A stretch of 64,000 nt of DNA from Nanobdellota archaeon (GTDB taxonomy: Archaea > Nanobdellota > Nanobdellia > Pacearchaeales > GW2011-AR1): contig JBBSYF010000001.1 of assembly GCA_038045405.1 (NCBI GenBank), positions 1,832-65,831 on the forward strand, written 5' to 3'. Positions within the stretch are counted from its first letter, which is position 1; each line of letters opens with the position of its first letter. Positions 18,579-26,433 of this stretch are shown here, piece by piece. The translations under genes were made by a program, and so were the position numbers. The notes under the pieces were generated by a model, which saw only the letters and a list, made by a program, of their open reading frames with translations, was not told the origin of the DNA and made no database searches.

Positions 18579-19655
18579 ATGACTTCAAAAAATAATCACT
18601 CATGTTTAGTAGTAGATCAACGTATTCTTGAATATAAAACTCTAATTAGTCCTTACGATCTGAAAAAAGACTTGCCTCAAACAAGCAAAACAAAAGAAAC
18701 AACTATTTATGGAAGAAAGAGTATAGAAGACATCTTAGACGGGAAGGATTCTAAGATTACAATAATTGTCGGACCCTGTTCAATCCACAGTATTGAATCT
18801 GCTAAAGAGTATGCAACAAGGCTCAAGGAGATATCAGATAAAATCTCTGATAAGTTTTTGGTTGTGATGAGAACTTACTTTGAAAAGCCAAGAACAAGCG
18901 TCGGATGGAAAGGTTTCATCTATGATCCTCATCTTGATGGTTCAAATAACATAAATTGGGGCTTACACCTTTCTCGTGAATTTCTCTTACACAATGCAAG
19001 AATCGGATTACCTTCTGCTACAGAATATTTAGAAACGTTTACTCCGCAGTATAACTCGGATCTCATTTCTTGGTCGGCAATAGGAGCGAGAACAGTTGAA
19101 TCTCCACAGCATAGGCAGTTAGCTTCGGGACTTTCAATGCCAGTAGGGTTCAAGAATAATACAGAAGGGAATGTTAAAGTTGCAGTAAACGCTATGCTGT
19201 CTGCAAGAGAAGAGCACTCGTTTTTAGGAATAAATGAGCAAGGAACTCCGTGTGTTGTAATTACTTCTGGAAATCCATACACCCATATTGTCCTTAGAGG
19301 AAGCGAAACAAAAACAAATTACGACTATGAAAATGTTCGTGAAGCACAAAGTCAGCTTGAAGCTCACAAGCTTTCTCCAAAAATTATGATAGACTGTAAT
19401 CATGGAAACTCTAGCAAAGATTACAGAAATCAAGCAAGAGTCTTTGAAGATATACTCAACCAAATCAAAGAAGGAAATAAAAACATAATAGGAGTAATGA
19501 TAGAGTCTAACTTAAATCCGGGAAATCAGCAAATACCTCATAATCTCAACGGTTTTGATGCGAAAAAGTTAGCGTACGGAGTTTCAGTAACGGATTCATG
19601 TCTTGGATGGGAAGAGACTGAGGCTCTTCTGTTAAATGCCCACAGAAGTCTTTGA
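18579..19655 (+). CDS. 3-deoxy-7-phosphoheptulonate (DAHP) synthase, class I (AroG/F/H-like)
   Basis: 'IIVGPCSIH', 'MRTYFEKPRTSVGWKG', 'SWSAIGARTVESPQHRQLASG' and 'KIMIDCNHGNS' match the bacterial class I-alpha pattern. Confidence 0.85.
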   Translation: MTSKNNHSCLVVDQRILEYKTLISPYDLKKDLPQTSKTKETTIYGRKSIEDILDGKDSKITIIVGPCSIHSIESAKEYATRLKEISDKISDKFLVVMRTYFEKPRTSVGWKGFIYDPHLDGSNNINWGLHLSREFLLHNARIGLPSATEYLETFTPQYNSDLISWSAIGARTVESPQHRQLASGLSMPVGFKNNTEGNVKVAVNAMLSAREEHSFLGINEQGTPCVVITSGNPYTHIVLRGSETKTNYDYENVREAQSQLEAHKLSPKIMIDCNHGNSSKDYRNQARVFEDILNQIKEGNKNIIGVMIESNLNPGNQQIPHNLNGFDAKKLAYGVSVTDSCLGWEETEALLLNAHRSL

Positions 19656-19744
19656 AATGAGTCATTTACAAAACCTGAATTGAAAAGATTGGTTCAGGCA
19701 AATAAGAAATCTTTTAAACTGCTTATTCCCTTAGTTTTTCGTAA

Positions 19745-19816
19745 GCCTCGTTAGCTCAGGGGTAGAGCGGCAGTTTTGTAAACTGTAGGTCGGGGGTTCA
19801 AATCCCTCACGAGGCT
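19745..19816 (+). tRNA. tRNA-Thr(UGU)
   Basis: The acceptor is GCCTCGT/ACGAGGC and the D arm is GCTC-AGGGGTAG-AGC. The anticodon loop is TTTGTAA. The T arm is GGGGG-TTCAAAT-CCCTC. Confidence 0.9.
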
Positions 19817-19985
19817 TTGAATAGAGTGAAAAGACGCGTGTAGAAAAATTTCCTATTTTTACTCACGAGGCTTTTGAATGAAATGAAAAAGCAAGTAGAC
19901 GAAATTTATTTCAGTCACGAGGCTTTTGAGCAAAGCGAAAAAGTTCGTTGGAGAAATTCATTTCAACTCAGAGGCTTTTGAACTC
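19807..19985 (+). repeat. Tandem array (about 3.3 units of 52-56 bp) seeded in the 3' end of tRNA-Thr
   Basis: The head TCACGAGGCTTT(T)GA occurs at 19807, 19863 and 19915, with a variant TCAGAGGCTTTTGA at 19968. The unit bodies are related but diverged (..GAAAAAG....GT.GA.GAAATT.ATTTC..). Confidence 0.8.
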
Positions 19986-19987
19986 AA

Positions 19988-20461
19988 TCAAAAATCTTCT
20001 AAGATTCTTTCAAGTCTTTTCTTACCGCTTACTACAACATCTTTAGCAACATAAGCAGCATTAGCAGCAACAGCAATTAATCCAACAGCGCCAATAGCTT
20101 TCTTAGTTTTCTGAGCATAACTCATACGGAAAACTCCTTGAGCAAGATAGAATCCTTGATATCCCATAAATGCATTAGTTGCAGTTTCACCAAACTTGTC
20201 TTCAAAAAAGTAAGCAAAAGCAGCTTGGCTTAAAGCAGGAATGATAGTACAGATAACTGCATGCCCTATTGTCAAATCTTTCTCTTTCCACCCAATCCCT
20301 TCGGCAAGTCTCTTTTGGTACCTTCTCATTAACGCTCCACCTATTTCAAGAACATAAATGAAGTGGGCAATTTTTTTTGTTTTTTCCCAAGAAGAAGTTT
20401 CTGGGAGCTCATTAAATTCCGTGATTATTCCATCAACTTTAGTTTCGAGGTCATCTGTCAT
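19988..20461 (-). CDS. Hypothetical protein
   Basis: The ORF is 157 aa and partly hydrophobic. No recognisable motif was found. Confidence 0.3.
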   Translation of the reverse strand: MTDDLETKVDGIITEFNELPETSSWEKTKKIAHFIYVLEIGGALMRRYQKRLAEGIGWKEKDLTIGHAVICTIIPALSQAAFAYFFEDKFGETATNAFMGYQGFYLAQGVFRMSYAQKTKKAIGAVGLIAVAANAAYVAKDVVVSGKKRLERILEDF

Positions 20462-21012
20462 TTTTCAAGAATCTCAGCATTTCCATCTTCAATCAGAATT
20501 TTGGCAATTTCTTTAGAAATATTTGAGATTTCTCCCTTTGCAAAGGGTCCAACTCTTTCTCCATCCATACCCATAAATTCTCCAATATCATTTTTGAAAA
20601 CAACAAGTTCATTTTTGGAGTTGTCTTCTTTCTTACCTCCAAGAAGTTCAGCAAGGCTTTTGTCTGAAGTTTCTATATTCTTCATCATTTCTTCAAACAA
20701 AGATTTCTCAAATGAGAGCATATTATCAAAATCTTGTTTTGAAATGCCCGTTTCAGCAGCAATCAAAACCAAATCAAGTATTTTCTTCCTTCTTCTTGTC
20801 ATCAATTCTTTAAACAGAGTTGTAGCATTCTCAAGCTGCTTTTTTGTTTTTGCAATTATATCTGAAAAGATGTCATCATCCTTCGAAACAATCTCTTTTT
20901 TATCTTTGAGGTATTCAGCTATTTCTAATATGAAATTCTTTGAAAGAACTTGTAATTGGTCAGAATACCTCTCTTTTCTTGCAGCTTCATATAAGTCATT
21001 GTAGGTTATCAT
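20458..21012 (-). CDS. GINS subunit (Gins51/Gins15-like)
   Basis: The N-terminus 'YNDLYEAARKERYSDQLQVLSKNFILEIAEYL' and the C-terminal 'VGPFAKGEISNISKEIAKILIEDGNAEIL' match the archaeal GINS A and B domains. Confidence 0.6.
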   Translation of the reverse strand: MITYNDLYEAARKERYSDQLQVLSKNFILEIAEYLKDKKEIVSKDDDIFSDIIAKTKKQLENATTLFKELMTRRRKKILDLVLIAAETGISKQDFDNMLSFEKSLFEEMMKNIETSDKSLAELLGGKKEDNSKNELVVFKNDIGEFMGMDGERVGPFAKGEISNISKEIAKILIEDGNAEILEK

Positions 21013-21070
21013 AAAAATACAAATAGTAACGATTTTTAATAATTGTTGTGTTGGAAAAGGTCTAAAATTA

Positions 21071-22450
21071 TTATTTATTGAACCCTAACTTTTCAAGGAG
21101 TTCCTTTCCAGAAATCATCCCAAGTTTCCCGTTTCGCGCATTCTTCTCACAGAATTTTTCTCTTTTAATCAGGGTCGTATCAGGGCTTGTTGAAGGGATT
21201 GACATTTCAGTCTCGCCCCTATTAAGGTTTACAAGAGGGTTTTTCTTTGGATAAGCAGGTTTGAATTTCTGAAGAAATGATGCAAATCCAGTAGTTCTTG
21301 ATTTTGGAGGTGAGACATTATAAAATAGAACAGGAACCGGGTCTGCAGAGTGGTTTTTTAGTTTACAAGGAGTTGAATGATCTGCGGTAACAATCACTTT
21401 TATTCTATTTGGGGGAGCAAATTCCCTCAAAAAATTAAAAAGAGTTTTATCGACATACTCTATCATTGATTTTTTCTCAAACGGTTTGTTATCATGCCCC
21501 GGAATGTCTGTTTCTTTTATATGAATGTAAGCGTAGTCTACATCTTTATAATTTTTTTTCAATACTTTAATTGAAAAGGCACATGCTTCTTCCAGTCCTT
21601 CACGAAGGTTTTCATATGAATCTAAACTTTTCAATTTGGGGTAATCAAAAGAAAAAACTTTCATTCCACAAGTTTTGGCAAATCCAATTTCTAAAGGCAT
21701 GTAAGAAACAGAAAGCCATCTCTTGTAAAATTTTAATTTAGGGGTTTCAATGCCCGGGCCCCTCATAAGAATATAATTAGCAGGTAAGAGCCCTTTGATT
21801 CTTCTAGATTCATTAATAGGATGATGATTCAAAACCTCAAAAACCTTTTCGGTAAACTCTTTTAGTACATTAACTGTGTACTGAGCATTATCTTCCTCAT
21901 CTAAAGCTCTAATCACCCCCAATCTTTCTTGACTTGACATTCCGATTCCAGAATATGCAGGATCGTTTCCAGTAACATTATCTGAAAAACCACCACGCAA
22001 AACAAGAACAGCTCTGTGTTGAATTGTTGGTTTGAAAACAAATTCACATGGAAGTTTTATCTTACTTATTGCCTTTGCTAAAATCTCTGCTTCATAAGTA
22101 GTTAACGTTCTTCCCGCCCTTCTATCAATGATGTTCCCGTCTTTTGGAGAGTCAATCGTAGCAAAGTCCACTCTCAAAGCCAAATCCCCTCTAACAAGTT
22201 TGATGTCCGTCCCCCTTACTTCAAGTTGTCCTCTTGTACTATCTGTCAGATTATTTCCAAAAATAGAAACTATTGCCTCATCAGACTGTGGAACAAATCC
22301 CGGCTTCACAGAGTACATATATCCCATCTCCCCACGCGCAGCTAAAAAATCAAGATTTGGCGTCTCCGCCGCCTCAAGAGGAGTTTTATCTCCAAGTTGC
22401 TTGCATGGTAAGTCCCCCATTCCATCCATGACTACCAGTATTCCTTTCAT
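21071..22450 (-). CDS. apgM: 2,3-bisphosphoglycerate-independent phosphoglycerate mutase, archaeal type
   Basis: 'MKGILVVMDGMGD', 'TPNLDFLA' and 'VTADHSTPC' are present. Confidence 0.85.
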   Translation of the reverse strand: MKGILVVMDGMGDLPCKQLGDKTPLEAAETPNLDFLAARGEMGYMYSVKPGFVPQSDEAIVSIFGNNLTDSTRGQLEVRGTDIKLVRGDLALRVDFATIDSPKDGNIIDRRAGRTLTTYEAEILAKAISKIKLPCEFVFKPTIQHRAVLVLRGGFSDNVTGNDPAYSGIGMSSQERLGVIRALDEEDNAQYTVNVLKEFTEKVFEVLNHHPINESRRIKGLLPANYILMRGPGIETPKLKFYKRWLSVSYMPLEIGFAKTCGMKVFSFDYPKLKSLDSYENLREGLEEACAFSIKVLKKNYKDVDYAYIHIKETDIPGHDNKPFEKKSMIEYVDKTLFNFLREFAPPNRIKVIVTADHSTPCKLKNHSADPVPVLFYNVSPPKSRTTGFASFLQKFKPAYPKKNPLVNLNRGETEMSIPSTSPDTTLIKREKFCEKNARNGKLGMISGKELLEKLGFNK

Positions 22451-22615
22451 GAAATAAGCAAGGAGTTTTTCTTTATAAAAATTTATGTTTTAGTTGAATA
22501 AAAATTCAGTAAATACAAAGGGTTAATGTAAAAAACTGTTATAGTTAAAACTCACTTAATTTTGCACATAAAAGTAAGTTGAAAGTCTTATAAATATCTC
22601 AATCTTCTCAGAATC

Positions 22616-23749
22616 ATGTTCAAATTTCTTAAGGAAAAGCTCCAAAACTGGACAAAGAAGTTCTCGGAAGAAGAAAAGCCAAAAGAAAGGGCTAAGGGAA
22701 AATCTTCAAAGGCAAAGCCCCAAATGAAAAAAAGAGCAAAAACTCAACAACAAAAATCAGTTAAAGAAAGAGAGTACCGACAGCCAGAACTTAAAGAACT
22801 TAAAGAAATAGAGGAAGAAGAAAAAATAACGGCAGAAGAAGACCATGAAAGGCTCGGTTCTTTGTCCCTTTTCGATAGAATAAAATCAAAACTCACAAAA
22901 ATAAGAATTTCTGAAGAGGACTTTGAGCCATATGCGGAAGAATTAAACATGCTCCTTCTTGAGAATAACGTAGCTTTTGACGTTGCAGAAAAAATAATCT
23001 CTAAGTTAAAAGAAAAAATCTCGAACAAAGAACTTTCACGTAAGGAAGTCGGTCAAGAAATAAAATTAGCTTTGAAAGAAACGATAGAAGAAATCTTGAT
23101 TGAACCTTTTGATGTTTTAGACAAAATAAAAAGGAAAAATGAAAATTTCCCTAAAGAACCCTTTGTAATTCTTTTTGCAGGAATAAACGGAAGTGGAAAA
23201 ACAACAACGATTGCAAAGATTGCTAATTTCTTAGAAAAAAAAGATATTTCGTGCGTTCTAGCTGCGGGGGACACTTTCCGTGCAGCAAGCATTGAACAAA
23301 TAAAGAAACATGGAGAGAAGTTAGGAATAAAAGTGATAAGCCAGCAGTATGGCGCTGACCCTGCTTCTGTTGGCTTCGATGCAATAAGCTATGCAAAAAA
23401 GAACGGAATAAAATGTGTTCTCATTGACACAGCCGGAAGAATGCATACTGCAAAAAACTTGTTAAAAGAAATTGAAAAAATATCTAAGGTTTGTAAGCCA
23501 GACTTAAAACTTTTCATTGGAGAAAGCATAACCGGAAACGATGCAGTAGAACAAGCAAAGGGATTCGATGAAAGCATTGGAATAGATGGCATAATACTCA
23601 CAAAGGCAGATGTTGATGAAAAAGGCGGAACCGCATTGTCTGTCGGCTACACAACAAAGAAGCCAATTCTTTTCTTAGGAACTGGGCAAGAAATGGATAA
23701 GATAGAACCCTTCAACAAAAAGAAGTTTGTTGAGAAGTTGGGGTTGTAA
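22616..23749 (+). CDS. ftsY: Signal recognition particle receptor FtsY
   Basis: A charged N-terminus is followed by the NG domain motifs 'GINGSGKTTTIAK', 'DTAGR' and 'LTKADVDEKGG'. Confidence 0.9.
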   Translation: MFKFLKEKLQNWTKKFSEEEKPKERAKGKSSKAKPQMKKRAKTQQQKSVKEREYRQPELKELKEIEEEEKITAEEDHERLGSLSLFDRIKSKLTKIRISEEDFEPYAEELNMLLLENNVAFDVAEKIISKLKEKISNKELSRKEVGQEIKLALKETIEEILIEPFDVLDKIKRKNENFPKEPFVILFAGINGSGKTTTIAKIANFLEKKDISCVLAAGDTFRAASIEQIKKHGEKLGIKVISQQYGADPASVGFDAISYAKKNGIKCVLIDTAGRMHTAKNLLKEIEKISKVCKPDLKLFIGESITGNDAVEQAKGFDESIGIDGIILTKADVDEKGGTALSVGYTTKKPILFLGTGQEMDKIEPFNKKKFVEKLGL

Positions 23750-23755
23750 AAAAGT

Positions 23756-26356
23756 CTAATCGGACAAAAACTGTTTCATATATTGGTATGTCTCGGGATA
23801 TTTTGAAGAGTCTAAGAGGTTGCTGTGGAAACCACGGTTAAGTAATCCTTCACATTTTCCGTTTACTTTAACATTTTTAGCAAAATCAAGTTGAGCGTTC
23901 CTTGTTAAGACTATTCCATCCCCATCCCCTAAACTTAGAATACAACCAGAACCATAAATCACATAATATTTTACTCTGTCGGCATATTGTTCCCCTGAAT
24001 TTAATGAAGCAATAAAAGTACTATTTGCTTTCATTTGGGAACATTCGGTGTCTGCACCAAGCCAAGAGCATTTGTCCGCTACTACAGACCCTTCTATACC
24101 TTTATTTGGTGTTCCTACCATAATAAGTTTGTTTACTGAAGAATCGCCGCCATATTTTTTAATATAATCTCTAGCAACTAAGCCCCCCATAGAATGAGCT
24201 ACAATATTAACTTTGTTTCTGCCAGTTCGATATTTAACTAGCTCAACAACGGTTTTAAGTTTCTGGGCATAATCATCTATAGACTCTTGTTTTGAAGGAG
24301 CATTAACAATCTTTCCATCTGAACTGTAAACATTGTAGTAGTAAGTTGCTTTAACTGTGATTGGAAATTTAACCTTACCCCATTCACCGGCCATCACTTC
24401 GGAGTATTGGTCTGAGGGCCTTATTACTCCCCCTATTCTATATTTATCATTATATAAGGCTGATTGAAGGTTTGCAAAAGCATCTAAAGAGTATTCTGGA
24501 GAAGATGCATCAGAAAAAGAATGTCCGTGTAAGAATATAACGGGATAAGAGCCAGCATCGTCCGCACACTCAATACCTTCGCAGCACTTACTTGTCACAC
24601 CGAAACTAGTGCATTGATTTTCGTGTTCTGTGACATCTCCGACATTAGAGTTTGTTATTTGAGCGCCTTGAGCATTGGTTACATAATCAGTTTTTTTTAT
24701 TGAAAGATTAAGGTCTAAATTGCAGTAATCAGAGCTATATTTTTTAGAATCAGAAGAGAAATCTAAAATTTCTGGTGAATGAGGGTTATTCTTTTTCTCT
24801 AGTTTCTTAATTTCAGCAAATTTGACAGCATCAAATGGCCAGAGGGTTCTAAGGAGTCTCATAATCTTAAAAGAAAAAGAATTCGATTTAGTGACTCTTA
24901 ATTCAGAGAGTGTCTCATTCAAAACTAAGCAGGAACTAGAGGATTCTAAAGAGAGGTTCATCAGCTGTGTACTATTTAAAGAAATAAAGGAAAGAAGTTC
25001 ATTCTGGCAAGAAGTGTAGTCCTGATTTTTTATGCCTTCTTTGTTTATCATTCGACTTATATCTTTTCTCAGATTATTTATGCTATCAATATTAGAATTT
25101 ATGCTCACTAAGTTTTCATTGTAACTACTCACTTCAATTAAAGCAGTGTTATACTCATCGGTTCTTCTACTATCCTCTTGTTCGAACGTTGATTTTATTG
25201 AAGACAATTGTGAACAAAGATTTTTTATTCCTTCAAGATCTTTAGCATTTACTACAGAATACTGTATTGAAGAATTGAATTTAGATGACTCTAATAAAAC
25301 AAGATTATTACCATCCTTTATTATTCCTACAACCTTTTTGTCTAAATTAGAAGACTCAGAGTTTATTTGATTCTTTAATGATGAAACTTTGTCCTGAATA
25401 TCAGAATAGCTCGTGAACGAGCCCAACTCAAATGTGCTTTCTAAAGAATCAACTTGAGAGGACAAACCAGATACATCTTGTCCGAATAATTTGGCCTTCG
25501 CTTCAAGATTGGCAGAATCTTCCTTGAGTTTGTTTAAGTTATCTGTAACCTCATTATGGAGTTTAATTCTTTCTTCAATTGAACTGGATAAAACATTCAG
25601 GTTTGTATTTAACTGATTTAGTTGGTTTTGAAGATTAGGGTTTAGATTATTCTTTGCCTCTAGATAGTCTCCAGTATTAACCCAGAGGCTGTATAATTTA
25701 TTTGTAGAGTCATAATTACTTTTGTAACTATTGTAGTCGGAGTTATATGAGTTTAGACTGCTCTTCAAATCTGATATTAATACACTCTTAGGCAAAGCAT
25801 TCATTTTGGAATTTAGCGTATAAATAGTCGATTCTGAGTTTTTTAGGAGGTTACCAATAGAAGAAAGTAAGGGCTGAAGATAATTTTTTGCATTTTTTTC
25901 GTCAGGAGTTAAGTCGTAATTTAAGGTGACTGATGTCTCTTTATCTTTAAATGCGTCTGGAGAGCATAATAAAGGTACGTAAATCTTGCTACATTTGATT
26001 TTTAAGAGGTATTGGGAGTTCCCACTATCTTGTTGAGCAACTGTCTTTATGGGCGCTACAAATGTAGAAGTTAATTGAAAACTGCCACCCCCAGAAACAT
26101 TTCTGAGTCCTTGTGAGATTGTATGAGTGGAATCTTGAATCAGATCATAAGTACATTGCAAAGAACAAAGAGAGAGGGCATCATTTTTTACAGTAAACAC
26201 AATTTGTTGAGACTGTCCGTGGTTCAAGTTTAAAGATGGACTAGAAGGATTGTATTGAAGGTTGTTGTCTATTGCAATAATAGACCATTCTGCCGAAATC
26301 AAAGGTGGAATAAATAAAATAGAAACCAGAATCACAAAAAGACCCTTTTGTTCCAT
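23756..26356 (-). CDS. Secreted protein with a long Asn/Ser-rich coiled-coil region and a C-terminal alpha/beta-hydrolase (lipase/PGAP1-like) domain
   Basis: The signal-like N-terminus is 'MEQKGLFVILVSILFIPPLISA'. The nucleophile elbow is 'VAHSMGGLV', preceded by 'IFLHGHS'. The start was moved to the internal ATG because the track start at 26395 is TTG. Confidence 0.6.
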   Translation of the reverse strand: MEQKGLFVILVSILFIPPLISAEWSIIAIDNNLQYNPSSPSLNLNHGQSQQIVFTVKNDALSLCSLQCTYDLIQDSTHTISQGLRNVSGGGSFQLTSTFVAPIKTVAQQDSGNSQYLLKIKCSKIYVPLLCSPDAFKDKETSVTLNYDLTPDEKNAKNYLQPLLSSIGNLLKNSESTIYTLNSKMNALPKSVLISDLKSSLNSYNSDYNSYKSNYDSTNKLYSLWVNTGDYLEAKNNLNPNLQNQLNQLNTNLNVLSSSIEERIKLHNEVTDNLNKLKEDSANLEAKAKLFGQDVSGLSSQVDSLESTFELGSFTSYSDIQDKVSSLKNQINSESSNLDKKVVGIIKDGNNLVLLESSKFNSSIQYSVVNAKDLEGIKNLCSQLSSIKSTFEQEDSRRTDEYNTALIEVSSYNENLVSINSNIDSINNLRKDISRMINKEGIKNQDYTSCQNELLSFISLNSTQLMNLSLESSSSCLVLNETLSELRVTKSNSFSFKIMRLLRTLWPFDAVKFAEIKKLEKKNNPHSPEILDFSSDSKKYSSDYCNLDLNLSIKKTDYVTNAQGAQITNSNVGDVTEHENQCTSFGVTSKCCEGIECADDAGSYPVIFLHGHSFSDASSPEYSLDAFANLQSALYNDKYRIGGVIRPSDQYSEVMAGEWGKVKFPITVKATYYYNVYSSDGKIVNAPSKQESIDDYAQKLKTVVELVKYRTGRNKVNIVAHSMGGLVARDYIKKYGGDSSVNKLIMVGTPNKGIEGSVVADKCSWLGADTECSQMKANSTFIASLNSGEQYADRVKYYVIYGSGCILSLGDGDGIVLTRNAQLDFAKNVKVNGKCEGLLNRGFHSNLLDSSKYPETYQYMKQFLSD

Positions 26357-26433
26357 CCGTAAAAAGAGGGTATTCTTTTTTATAATTCTTTCCAAACCAC
26401 AAATTTATTAACTCTTAAATTGCTTCTAAAAAC

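Noticed and set aside
19807-19985. Possibility that the tRNA-Thr-associated repeats form a small CRISPR array
   Set aside because: The conserved part is only about 15 nt and is the tRNA 3' end itself. The 'spacers' are mutually homologous rather than unique. No cas genes or leader are present.
20363-21004. 213-aa plus-strand ORF
   Set aside because: It is antisense to the GINS gene and to part of the 19988-20461 gene. It is Ser/Phe/Ile-rich with low complexity, so the minus-strand reading is preferred.
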